DNA of 64,000 bases, taken from contig JBHGNT010000007.1 of assembly GCA_043228905.1 (NCBI GenBank), positions 9,486,001 to 9,550,000 on the forward strand, in the 5' to 3' direction. Each line of letters begins with the position of its first letter. The stretch's first letter is position 1. A program made the position numbers and the translations under genes. Shown here one piece after another: positions 11,774 through 24,120 of this stretch. The notes under the pieces are model-generated. The model was not told where the DNA came from and did no database searches. It was given only the letters and a program-made list of their open reading frames with translations. The DNA comes from Azolla caroliniana. Lineage: Eukaryota > Plantae > Polypodiophyta.

Positions 11774-14700
11774 ATGTCTAGATCAACGCACGACCTGGTT
11801 ACAGATCGAACTCGACGCCTTGCCGAAAGGCAAAGGAGACGCGAGGCTTTCCAGCAAGTAGCGCAGGAAATTAGAGCGGATCACTCGTTTTCCAACGTAA
11901 TCCGGAGAGTAGCGGAGGACTCCCTCTGGTTACAGCAAACATCGCACCCGGACGACGGTAGCAGCCTAAGCAGCCTCTGGGAAACCGAATCCCTTCTCCA
12001 CGCGTTGGCAAACGGAGAAGGCAAAGCAGAGGCCTTTTCAGCATATGAATCGGACTCCGAAGGGGAATACAGTGTGCACACGAACTACCGTAGCAGCAAG
12101 AAACCCCGGGCGGACTGGAGGACGAAGGATCGGATACCTTACCGACATCGGAACCGGAACCGGAAGTGCTAACGCTGGAACCCCCGGAACCAGCAGAAGA
12201 AGAACGAGCTCCGACACCGGAAGTCGAAGAGGAGAGGCCTCCGTCACCAAAGGAAGAGAAACAACCAACACCGGAATCAAATCGGGAAAGACCACCGACA
12301 CCGGAGAAAATTCCGGAACGAGCACCAACACTACCAGCCTGCGCACCAATACCGGACGATGACATGCCGTTCCAGTACTCCAAATATAGAGATGATCCGG
12401 ACGCGGAAGCTCATGTGCACGCCTTTGAACAGACATGGGAAGCCAACCATGTGTCCCAGTGATTGACCCCAAAAGAAGAAGAACGCTCTAAGATAGCGGA
12501 ATTTGGCGTCACATTGGAGGGACGAGCAGCAAGATGGCGCCGGACGCAGGACCCGTCTACCATCAACACCTTTGCAGATTTAAAAGCTAAATTCAGGCAT
12601 TTTTTTCAAAAGGAGGTGGACCAGACCGTAATGGTAGGCTTATTTTATACCATCCGGCAAGAGGCAGGGGAGAGCATTCCCCAATTTGTCATCCGGTTTC
12701 AACGGATGCATAGTCAGCTTGCAACCGGAAGAAGACGAACGCTGGCGACGAATGGATCGTGACCGACCGGCACAGGATGTCCGGTATGGCGAGCGACGGG
12801 AAAATAATGTCCGGTACGGCGAGCGACAGGAAAATGATGTCCGGTACGGCGAGCGACGGGAAAATGATGTCCAGTACGGCGAGCGACGGGAAAATGATGT
12901 CCGGTACGGTGATCGGCGAGAAAACTATGACCGGCATGATCGGTACCAGGATTACAATAGACGATACGAACAGTACGATCGGGAGCAGTCCCCCGGGTAT
13001 CGTCAGCAACGGGAGGAATACGGCAGATATAACGGGCAACCCCGTCAAGAGTACCGTAATAAGAAAAGCTATAACAAAAAACGGCATTTTAAAAAAGGCG
13101 GCTATCCCCGGGATCCGGAACAAGGAGCTCCAAGTAGCCAACCGGTACAAAACCCCGCGCGTACCGTAGGACTTGCCCTAGGCACAACAGACAATGCCGA
13201 ATCTAGCAATGCCCGGAAAGCCTACTGCTACTACTACAGACAGGAAGGCCATTATAGTAACCAATGCCCGGTGAAGAGCTATGAAAAACGACCGACGGTA
13301 AATATGGTAGTCCCTGAGGTGGCAGACCTGCAGCAGGTGACCACAAGGTCGAAGGGCATGGCCAAAGAATGGGAGACACAGGAGACCATCCAGAAACAAG
13401 CAACGGAATGGGTAAAGAAAGCAAACGAGCAGAATGTCACAGACTTACAACAGCAAAAGGAGAACACCGCAGGGCTTGCCGGCGGTAGTCACTCCGAGAA
13501 CGAGACATGGCAGGCGTTGCAAGAATGCCAGATTATGTTACCACTAGGAAGACTCCTACAACTCGTGCCAAGATTCACGGAAGGACTGAAGACGACCATG
13601 ACAGCAGGAGAACCATCACCGGCACCGGTACTCTTCTCGAATCCGGAGGAGGGACCAACAGTGGTAGACACTAGCAGTCTGGTAATCACTGCCATTGTAA
13701 AAGGGAAAGAACTCCCCGGCACAGTTATAGACGGAGGCTCTGGGGTAAATGTAATAAGCCTCCGGACGTGAGGACCTAGGAATCCACGAGTGGGAGCCGT
13801 GTCCGTTCTGGTTGCGGATGGCCGATACAAGCTCAGTGCGGCCGACAGGATTAATACGGAAATTAGAAGTCACCGTCGGCGGGCATACATTTCACATCTC
13901 GGCCGTAGAGCTACAATTACAGGCACAAGGCGCATACCCGCTATTGCTGGGGCGGCCATGGTTGAAAACGGCACATATCAAACAGAATTGGCGAAAAAAT
14001 ATAATTACCTTCCGGCGAGGAAAAGCCAAGGTACGGGTACCAACACAGCCAAGGACGAGCACTGGCAAGGAATGTACACCGTTGTATGCGGAAAGCGTCA
14101 ACATGCTAGAAGGGTTAGCGGATGAAGAAGAAGCTCAATACCTGCAGGAAAACCCAAAGATCATACCCCTCTTCGAAATTGACATTGCCGAAGCCGTAGC
14201 ACCGTATTTACCGCAACCGGAAGAGGCGGAAGCAGAACCGGATAAAGACGCAATCCGGGAGTTACGGCAAGCGCAGGAAGCGTTGGAACGGGAAATGGCC
14301 GTTTCATAGCGCGTAAAAGCATCGCAACTGGAAGAGGTGAATTTAGGCACCACAGACGAAGCAAAACCGGTGCACATCGCCAAGGAGATGAAGTCCGAAG
14401 ACAAAACGGCGATGATAACACTTCTCACGGAATTCCGGGATGTGTTCGCCTGGTCATACGAAGGTATGCGAGGACTCGACCCTCAGTTATACCAGCATCA
14501 AGTACACTTGAGCAAGGACGCAAAACCAGTGGCACAAAGACGGTACCGGATGAATCCCAATTATGCTGCCAAGGTCAAGGAAGAAATCGACAAATTGCTA
14601 AGAGTTGGCTTTATCCGTCCGGTAAAGAAAGCGACATGGCTGAGCCCGATCGTAGTCGTACCGAAGAAGAACGGAAAAATTCGAGTTTGCGTGGATTACC

Positions 14701-17255
14701 GGAAACTTAATGCGGCTACGGTAACGGATGCGTTTCCACTTCCGTTCACAGATGGAGTGTTGGATGCCGTCGCCGGCCATGAGGTCTATAGCTTTCTAGA
14801 CAGATTCAGTGGGTATAATCAGATCCGGATGCACCCCGACGACCAGGAGAAAACAACATTCGTCACCGAATGGGGGGTGTTTGTGGCCGTGGTGATGATG
14901 TTCGGACTCAAAACGGCACCGGGAACGTTTCAAAGAATCATCATGGAAATCTTTGGTGAATATATACCGGCTTTTATGCAGGTTTTCCTTGACGATTTCG
15001 CCGTCTATAGCCGGGAGGAGGACCATTTTCAGCACCTCCGTCTTTGTCTAGAAAAGTGTAGAGCGTACCGGCTAAGCTTGAATCCGGCAAAGTGTGTATT
15101 TGGCGTGTCCAGTGGAACTTTATTAGGACATATCGTGAGCCAGGAAGGTATTGCAGTCGACCTAGACAAAGTGAAAGCCATATTAGAAGCACCGGCGCCG
15201 ACAACGGCAAAGGCATTAAGCCGGTTCTTAGGCTAGATCCGGTGGCACAGCCGGATGCTCCGATACTTGGCCGACCTGGCTACACCGTTGCATGCGGCCG
15301 TACATCGGACACTATTCCAGTGGACCGATACTGAGGATAGGGCGTATAAGGCCCTCAAGGTACTATTGTCGCAGGCACCGGTAGTACAACCTCCAGATTG
15401 GAGTAAAGAATTTCACGTGTTCGTGGACGCCTCCGACATCGCAATCGGAAGCGTACTGATGCAGCTTACGGAACCAAAGTGGTACCGGCCAGTGTACTAT
15501 GCCAGCCGGAAGCTATCCCAAGCAGAACGGAACTACTCTACTACGGAACGGGAAGCTCTAGGAATGGTCTACAGTGTGACAAAGTTTCGGCACTATTTAT
15601 TGGGAAGGAAGTTTTCCTTCCATGTAGATCATTCGGCACTCCTTTACCTAGTGTCCAAGGCGTCACTCACCGACAAATTGGCCCGGTGGACCTTATTGTT
15701 ACAGGAGTTCGAGTTTGAAATATTCCACCGACCCGGTATACAGCATGCCGTAGCGGATTACTTAAGCCGATTGGAGTCCGGAGAGACGGGTGACGGAGTA
15801 CCGGATGAGTTTCCGGATGCGGAATTGTTTCGAGTCACTACGGAGACGGCAATAGAAGAGACAGTGGCCCAGGAAGACAAGTGGCTCACAAATATGCACC
15901 GGTTTTTGAGCACAGGACTGCCTCCGGAAGAGCTGAACCGGGATGAATGGAAACGCCTGGCGGTACAAAGCCGACATTTCTGCTTACTGCGAGACACACT
16001 GTACCACAAGGGTGCTGACGGCATATGGAGACGGGCGGTGCGCAACGATGAAAAGGAACTGATACTGAGGGTAGCCCACTGCGGACTTGCCGGAGGTCAC
16101 TATGCCGAAGATGCGACGGCCAGAAAAATATGGCAAAGTGGCCTATGGTGGCCAACGACATTAAGAGATGCGGTACGGTACGCAAAAGAATGTGACCTAT
16201 GCCAGAGAATGGGCCAGCCAACGGAGCAGGCTCGTATGCCACACCAGCCGGTACTACCACTCGAGCCATTCCAAAAGTGGGGGCTGGACTTTGTAGGACC
16301 GTTCAAGCCACCGGCAATGAGAACGGGTAATCGGTACATTATCGTTGCTACGGATTACTGCACGAAATGGGTGGAGGCCAAAGCTTTACGGGATAACACT
16401 GCTGCGTCAACGACAAAGTTTCTATATGAGTACATTTGGTGCCGTTACGGATGCCCCATTGAATTGATAAGTGACCAAGGGGGGCACTTTCTCGGACAAG
16501 TAGTGGAAAGCCTAACGACCTTCTATGCCGTGGTCCACAAACGAAGCACACCTTACTACCCACAGGCGAACGGATTAGCGGAATCAACAAACAAGACGCT
16601 TCAGAACATCCTTCGGAAGATCGTCAACGAGAACCGGACGGATTGGGACACAAAGCTACATAGCGCGCTTTGGGCATACCGGACGGCATACAAAACGAGC
16701 ATCCGAACAACACCGTTCCGGTTGGCGTTCGGACTCGAGGCGGTCATGCCGGTAGAATTTCAAGTACCTAGCTTACGGATCCAGCTACAAGAACGGCTGA
16801 ACGAGAAGGAGTCGGAGACAATAAGGTTGACAGCGCTGTGTGAGCTGGAGGAACAACGGTTGGCCAGCATCCTACATTTAGAATTGGAGCAACGGCGACG
16901 GAAAGCATTTGTCGACCGGCACAGGAAAGGTAACGAAAAAATGTTCGCAATCGGCAAACCAGTGTTAGTATTCCAAACTCGGATGGGCAAGATGCCGGGT
17001 AAACTAAGGTTTAGATGGACCGGACCATATTGGCTAACACGGGAGTATAATGGGTCCTACCAGTTGGGGACACTTGCTGGCGAAGTGCTGGGCAAATGGG
17101 TCAACGGATTCCGGTTAAAGGCATATAGAGGACCGATGCCTAAGAACCCGTTTGAGCAAAGGACCGACGGCAACCACCAAGACGGCAGAGACAGCAAGCC
17201 GGGAACCGGAGAGAATGAGGCCGGTAAGGGTCCGGGAGGACCAACGGACATGTGA
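11774..17255 (+). pseudogene. Gypsy-A gag-pol (Gag, PR, RT, RNase H, IN) with stops and frameshifts
   Basis: PR VIDGGSGVN; RT VCVDYRKLN and FLDDF; RNase H VDASD and NYSTTEREAL; IN HHCC, KWGLDFVGP, SDQG and NGLAES; GPY motif; no chromodomain. Confidence 0.95.
12776..12930 (+). repeat. 30-bp coding tandem repeat (about 5 copies, DVRYGERREN) in gypsy-A Gag
   Basis: Visible GATGTCCGGTACGGCGAGCGACGGGAAAAT units. Confidence 0.9.
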
Positions 17256-19183
17256 CGTCACACTAATAATAATAATAACTGAAAAAAAAAAAAAAAACAA
17301 TCATGCAAAAGCGAGGAGTGAATGGATGAAAGAGCCTGGAGCGAAAAGGTACGTAATGGGCATTTAAAGCACCACCACAGGACATAATGCTATTTTAAGT
17401 ACGCGACATGCACAAACTCGAAAAAGGCGCCAGAATGCACAAACAAAAACCATTGCGCGTAGAGACCCTCTACTTTCGCGAACCCAGGAGCACAGAAGCA
17501 CCGAAACGCTGCAAGATCATCAGATGAGAACCTGCGCACAGAGAACCACCGCCTTCTGAACTCTCTCTTTCTCAACCCCACTCTCATCACCATCCATCCT
17601 CGTCACCGCAATCCGACCCCGACACAGAGATGGACCCGCAAACGCTGTCGGAAGCCGCCAAGACATGGCTGAAACAACACGGGCTCGAGGGCTTCTTGAT
17701 GATGATGGAAGTACCGCCACACAAAGAAGCCGACAAAGTGATCAAGGAAATCGATACAGAGGTCATAACGGCAGAGGCGATTCGAGCGTTAATAGGCCTT
17801 CCGGAGGGAGGCATACTCACGATCGACAATCCAACCCCGGAGCAACTCATCAGGTATTTTGGTGAGTACTCTCTAGCCAGCAAGGGCTACCGGACACAGG
17901 GCGGCGGAGATATGTTGTTCCGCGAAATTGCTCGTGTGCTCCATGAATACGGCCACGTATACCCTAGACCCCCTGTCATGCCGCAGAACCGGGCAGGGAT
18001 GATCATCGCCACCTATGAAGGGATCAAGGTGGATTGGCCGGTATTGATTGCAGACGGGTTGTGTGCGGCGATCGAGATCGTCAGAGGCAAAGATGGCAAA
18101 GAAGGCCGGGACGGACGAAGGATATGGCACGCCGTAACACAGTGGCTCACCTTGCTGGTGCCACCCGTTCAGACCGTCCAACCCAAGAAGCGAGGAAGTG
18201 TGCCGGACGGCACCCCAAGGATGGCTTCCAAACGGCAACAGCTGTTGGCCTCTAAGGCCAGTAAGGGAAAGGCGGTGGATGCAGAACAGGCGGCAACAGG
18301 AAGCAGAAGCCGAAAGCGCCCAACGGAGGCGTAGGAGGAACCACCGGCACGGCCCGTAAAGGTCACACTCCGCCGACCGGTGAATCGAGAAGTGGACCCC
18401 TTGGCGGCAAAACTCAATGCCGGAGCTCAGGAGGAGGAAATAGAGGAGGAGCCTACGGAGCACCTCCAGCGATGGTCGTCGGCAAGGACCGTTGAGACAG
18501 CCGGGAAACGTTCGGACCCTCAGACGGAGGGAACACCGGCTCCCCATACTGAGACTCCTACGCCAAGGAAGGAACCGGAACCAGTGCAGATGGCACCGGA
18601 AACAGAAGCCCCGGCACCATCGGCAACACCGGCAAGTCCCATCCCGCCAGAGCCGGAAAGATCACTGCAGCCTCCCTCGGTCAGCCAAGAAGAAGCGCAA
18701 GGGGAACTAGGACAGCAGGATGGTCCACGGGCAGAAAAGGAACTGCAACTCGGCGCAACCAGGCGGGACCACCCCTCTACAAGTGAGCCCATCTATCAAA
18801 CCTCCGTGCAAGCACAACAAGGCACCGGTAGCCTGTGGCTCCGGTGGATAGGCGAACAGATAGCCGGAGCAGTGGGGTATATAGAGGCAAAAGAAAGAGC
18901 GCAAAGCGAACGGTTGCTCGTCACAACCGAACAACTAGAGACGGCCCGGTCCAGAATCCGGTGCCTTGAAAAAGATTTGGATCAGGTCACGACAGAGATG
19001 GCCAAAATACGGATCCAATCACCGGTGACTCCGATAAGTGTACAGAATAATGAAACGGAACGACCTGTACATAACAATAAGACCCCGACAACGGAAACCG
19101 TTCCGGCGAGAGATGCGGCGCAAGCTCGGGAGCTTGCAGAATTGAGAGAGGAACTTGCCGCACAAGAAGCGCTAAGGAGCTGT

Positions 19184-22100
19184 TGTCGTAGTGTATTTCG
19201 TACACTACGTGAAAAAATAAAAATAATATAACCGATTTAATTACATATAAATAAATAAAATAAGAATATCAAGATATTTATCACGTGCATAGGGCAAGAT
19301 TCGAACCTTGTACCTCCACGTAGCCAAACCTCAACTTTACCATCATGCTACCTTATCTTTAGTGTTCTATAAATAGATTTAATAACTATAAGTGCTTTAT
19401 TTGTGCCTACCTTTATTAAAAGGTAAATCATGCATTTTTAGAGTGCGTGAATATTTTGTAGAAAACCGCAAGCAACTAAAAAGTGACTCATGCACATCTA
19501 GCGTGCATGAGCACTATATTTAGCAAATAAAAGCAAGGATTAGAAAAGCATCACATGCACATTTAGTGTGCATGAACATATTAGAAAAAAAAAAAAGCAT
19601 GTAGTTATGCTTAGTCTCTCCCATCACTACATAAGGATGGGGAGCACAATGTAATAGGTGTGTGAAATATTTGGAAATTGGATATATTTCCGAAAACACC
19701 AACCGATTAATATAATCGTGGGATTCACGAAAATAATATAATCTATACTTGTGGGATTCACAAGTTTCTTATATCTTTCTTTCAATCTAAATATATATTC
19801 TTATCTAAATATTGATTAATCGAATAAAATACACTCGTGGGATTCACGAAATTTCTATCTCTCTTTCTAATAATCTATTCATTACTAGCCTCATCTCATA
19901 TTCTTCTTTCTCCTAGTCCAAAACCTCGGCGGTTCCCACCCGACTCACGCAAACGATCCGGAGCCGAAAGGCACGACACCGTTGGTGAACCCGACGTGAA
20001 GACGGGTGGCAAGGAGATGGAGAATCAACAAGAGGCAATGAGCATAACGATGATGATGATGTTCGAGCGGATGCTACAAGAACAACGAGTGATGTCGGAG
20101 ATCACGGGGGCAGTAAAGCGGCTCGTACAACGAAACGGACAATTCAACGGAAACGATGTGTCACGCTATCTACGTGACTACAAGGCGGAGATGATACGAT
20201 GTGGGATACCGGAAGGATTGCAAGTGACATCCTTCAATCGGGTGGCCACGGATGAGCTACAAGAGAGAATCCACAAGATACGGCAACAAAACTCGACATG
20301 GGGGTCATTCGAAGAAGCTTTACGAGAGGCATATGATTACAAGAGATCGAAGGGACAAGATCGGCGAGAATTCGACGAATGGGTGGCATCGGAGAAGACC
20401 CACCGAAGTGCAACACAAGCATTCCTAGAGTTCGAGCATCGTCTTGCTCAACTCTCGGAGCGGGAACAACGGTTGGTGGGGGAGGATAAAGTCCTAATGT
20501 TCGTAAAATCGATCGATCGAAAAGAAAGGATGGACATCGGGATCGAACTCGAAGACGATGACGGTGCGAACGGTCTTACCGAGGATTGGGCCAAAATCGA
20601 AAGGGTATGCCGAAGACATGATGAAAGGAAGCTGAGAATCTCGTCAACAACGACATGGCCCATGAAGGATGGTCGATTGAGGAAAAACGATGAAGCCAAT
20701 ATGAAGGCCGAAATACAACATGATGGTGCGACGGAAGAGGGTGTAAAACAAGCTACCCTCTTGTCTTGTGAAAGAACGATGGCGAAGGATAAGGCCGATA
20801 ATTCAAGTGTAGAAGGAAATTTCGGGATACAAGTGCCCGAGACATCGGGTCAAAAAGGGGTAAGCATAATTGATGTTTGCATAATTGATGCAGTGAAAAA
20901 GAGCAAGGAGGACTTGATTGAGGAGGTCGCCACGAAAGATGACATCGAATTGAAGGTGGCTATGGACGAATCAATGGCGGATTGCCATATCGAGACTTCC
21001 CCACCACTGATTCCAGAGACTCCGGCGGTTGCGATCGAAAGGCAACGTGAGACCGAAGAGACGGAAGGTGGCGGAGAGAAAACAAAGGTCGAAGTCGATG
21101 CATACGACGGAGAGATAGCCGAGAATATGGCTATGGGTGAAACAATGGAGGATGATAATACCGAGGATTCCTACCCACTAATCCTAGAGACTTCGGCGGT
21201 TGTGTCTGAGAACCAACGTGAGACCGGAGAGACGGGAGGTGGCGGCAAGAAAGGTAAAGTCGGAAGCCAGTTAGGATGGAAGGTGATCCGGACGGGATTC
21301 CGATCCGAAAGAAAGCCTAACCGGGTAAAAGAGGATTCGACCGAAAGTCGACCCGAAAGAAAGCCGAACCGAAAGGAAGAGAATTCGGCCGAAAGACGAC
21401 ACAAACGAAAGCCGAACCGGGCGAATGAGGATTCGGCCGAAAGACGACCCGAAAGAAAGCCGACCCGAAAAGGGGTCGAATCGGTCAAAACCGATCGACC
21501 GAGTCTGACTTGGCCGAACGCGAATATGGATGGAAGCCGACCTAGCCGAAAGCCAATCGGACGAGACGGATCCGGAAAGATGCTAATCCGACTCAACCGA
21601 AGGTTGGACCGGTCGAGGCTGGTGAAAACGAGGAAAAGAAAGCCAACTGAAACCGAAACCGATAGATCGAAACCGGGGCGGAAGGAGACCGACTCAATCA
21701 AAACCGAACAACCGATTCCGATTCGGCCGAATACGAATCCGATCGGAAGCCGATCAAACCGAAAGTCGATCGGACGAGAGCGATCCGGAAAAAAGTCAAG
21801 GTTGATGAAGACAAGAAAGAGGCCAGTAAAAGACACTACCACGAATGACAAGGGCCAAGAATATGACGAGAGAGAACAAAGAATATGGTGGATCGGATGG
21901 CGACAATGGTTCGGGTGGAAAGAATGGGTCTACTCAAAATGGAGAGACAAAGTTGACATAGCGGGACAAACGGAGGATGAAGGGGAGACAACGAGCATCG
22001 GCAACTTCGGCACATACCGGAGGATGTGCGGGTTCGGAGGGGGCGAGTGTCGTAGTGTATTTCGTACACTACGTGAAAAAGTAAAAATAATATAACCGAT

Positions 22101-22842
22101 TTAATTACATATAAATAAATAAAATAAGAATATCAAGATATTTATCATGTGCATAGGGCAAGATTCGAACCTTGTACCTCCACGTAGCCAAACCTCAACT
22201 TTACCATCATGCTACCTTATCTTTAGTGTTCTATAAATAGATTTAATAACTATAAGTGCTTTATTTGTGCCTACCTTTATTAAAAGGTAAATCATGCATT
22301 TTTAGAGTGCGTGAATATTTTGTAGAAAACCGCAAGCAACTAAAAAGTGACTCATGCACATCTAGCGTGCATGAGCACTATATTTAGCAAATAAAAGCAA
22401 GGATTAGAAAAGCATCACATGCACATTTAGTGTGCATGAACATATTAGAAAAAAAAAAAAGCATGTAGTTATGCTTAGTCTCTCCCATCACTACATAAGG
22501 ATGGGGAGCACAATGTAATAGGTGTGTGAAATATTTGGAAATTGGATATATTTCCGAAAACACCAACCGATTAATATAATCGTGGGATTCACGAAAATAA
22601 TATAATCTATACTTGTGGGATTCACAAGTTTCTTATATCTTTCTTTCAATCTAAATATATATTCTTATCTAAATATTGATTAATCGAATAAAATACACTC
22701 GTGGGATTCACGAAATTTCTATCTCTCTTTCTAATAATCTATTCATTACTAGCCTCATCTCATATTCTTCTTTCTCCTAGTCCAAAACCTCGGCGGTTCC
22801 CACCCGACTCACGCAAACGATCCGGAGCCGAAAGGCACGACA
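19184..22842 (+). mobile_element. Non-autonomous Gag-only LTR retrotransposon E
   Basis: 795-bp near-identical LTRs at 19184-19978 and 22048-22842 (TGTCGT...ACGACA); tRNA-Trp-type PBS TGGTGAACCCGACGTGA 19983-19999; PPT GGAGGGGGCGAG 22036-22047; 4-bp TSD CTGT/CCGT whose removal restores the host ORF frame. Confidence 0.92.
20017..22095 (+). CDS. Element E ORF: Gag-like N-terminus, then acidic and R/K-rich low-complexity regions; no pol
   Basis: First ATG after the PBS; open for about 692 codons into the 3' LTR; FNGNDVSRYLRDYKAEM...WGSFEEALREAY is Gag-capsid-like; no PR, RT or IN motifs. Confidence 0.7.
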   Translation: MENQQEAMSITMMMMFERMLQEQRVMSEITGAVKRLVQRNGQFNGNDVSRYLRDYKAEMIRCGIPEGLQVTSFNRVATDELQERIHKIRQQNSTWGSFEEALREAYDYKRSKGQDRREFDEWVASEKTHRSATQAFLEFEHRLAQLSEREQRLVGEDKVLMFVKSIDRKERMDIGIELEDDDGANGLTEDWAKIERVCRRHDERKLRISSTTTWPMKDGRLRKNDEANMKAEIQHDGATEEGVKQATLLSCERTMAKDKADNSSVEGNFGIQVPETSGQKGVSIIDVCIIDAVKKSKEDLIEEVATKDDIELKVAMDESMADCHIETSPPLIPETPAVAIERQRETEETEGGGEKTKVEVDAYDGEIAENMAMGETMEDDNTEDSYPLILETSAVVSENQRETGETGGGGKKGKVGSQLGWKVIRTGFRSERKPNRVKEDSTESRPERKPNRKEENSAERRHKRKPNRANEDSAERRPERKPTRKGVESVKTDRPSLTWPNANMDGSRPSRKPIGRDGSGKMLIRLNRRLDRSRLVKTRKRKPTETETDRSKPGRKETDSIKTEQPIPIRPNTNPIGSRSNRKSIGRERSGKKSRLMKTRKRPVKDTTTNDKGQEYDEREQRIWWIGWRQWFGWKEWVYSKWRDKVDIAGQTEDEGETTSIGNFGTYRRMCGFGGGECRSVFRTLREKVKII

Positions 22843-24075
22843 CCGTGAACGAGAATTGAAGACGGCGGCCGAAGCCGAATTAAAGAAGATTGCTGAGAAC
22901 CTCCGTCGGGCAGAGGAGAGCCTCCGGAAAGGCCATCAAGCGTACGACCGGCTAAAAGAGGAGAAAGACAAAGTGCTGCAGGAAAAGGACAAGCTGCGGA
23001 AAACGGCGGAAACAGAGATTGAACGACTAAAGGAAGAGCTCCGCCAGCAGAAGGACCGCGAGGACCGGGCTCGTCGTCAGATCAACGCACGGCTCAAGCA
23101 AAAGACGGATGATTTTGAGCACCTGCACCGGGACTACAAACGACTGGAAACGGAACATAAAGAACGGATGGCCGAGCTCTAGCAGGCAGTTGATCGGGCC
23201 GCGACGGCGATCGCCGACGAACGGGCGGAAAAATACAAGACGCTTGGAAGAGGCGGAGAAGGTCCGGATGGAGCTCCAGAGGTAGCAGCAGGAAGACAAA
23301 GAGAGAGCGTCAACAGTATTGCAGAAATTACAAAGTACATATCAAAGGCAATTGACGCATTACAAGGCGTAGGCGGAGGACAACGTAAAAATCATCAAAC
23401 AACTGAAGGAGGAACGACAAGCGGCGGAAACCAAATCGCAATTGGGAACGAGCCGGATTCAGTCCATCCTCCGGGCATGGCTGAATCAGACGAAGTACTT
23501 GATTGATGAAAGCTCCGTAAAATGGTGGACAAAGTGGGCACAAAACGTGGCGGAACTCCAGTTGGTACGGGCGGATGTGGCAAACCGGCGGAAGGAAGGA
23601 GATGATTGTTATACGTTGACTTCCGAGGACTTCACCGCCATACGGGACGAGCTGGCCGATGACTTCCAAGTCCTGGCAGATGAACAACTGGCGCAGGTCA
23701 GGCAGCTCGTAGCTCAGCTGGACGATGATAGGCTGGACGCTCAAATCCAGTTTGAAAGCTACGAGCGGTCCCGGGTACGGGAAGAAAAAGCACGAGAAGC
23801 GACAATGGTTAACCTTCGTGATGAGGAACCGTTGTCGGCTGAGGGCTAGCCGGGAACCAGTCAACCGGAGACCACCACGACGCAGGGAGCAACGACGGAG
23901 ATGCCGGTGTCAGAGCCACAAACGGAGGAGCAGCCGCAGCAACCACCAACGGACCCGCCGCAGCAGATAGCAACGGAGCAGCAACAGTAACAACAACAAC
24001 AACCACTTCCAGATGAACCATTGGAGCCTCTCGAACAAAGCATTCTGGACATTTTGGACGAAGAATAGCAAGGGT

Positions 24076-24120
24076 CGGTTGTGGATTCGACGTACAAGGT
24101 ACTGTCCCACGGGCGTGCCA
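24076..24120 (+). other. tRNA-3'-half-like, CCA-ending motif at the PPT position of gypsy-A
   Basis: CGGTTGTGGATTCGA-cgtacaaggtact-GTCCCACGGGCGTGCCA, ending 2 nt before the 3' LTR. Confidence 0.85.

Larger units (their letters stand above)
17630..24068 (+). pseudogene. Gypsy-A sense-strand extra ORF downstream of pol, interrupted by element E, stops and a frameshift
   Basis: Segments 17630-19183 and 22847-24068; homologous to the gypsy-C extra ORF (YFGEYS, EIAR, MPQN, NRRKEG, SILDIL.EE*). Confidence 0.85.

Noticed and set aside
12776-12930. Regularly spaced 30-bp repeats resembling a CRISPR array
   Set aside because: Head-to-tail coding repeats without unique spacers, inside a eukaryotic Gag; no cas genes.
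19281-19352. Functional tRNA gene (also 27695-27762, 52700-52768, 57072-57140)
   Set aside because: A/B boxes and T-arm are present, but I could not build a convincing acceptor or anticodon stem; reported as tRNA-like cassettes only.
21171-21851. Antisense ORFs over GC-rich retroelement coding regions (also 5399-6398, 17873-18547, 35524-36189)
   Set aside because: Shadow ORFs of the real frames with no recognisable motifs.
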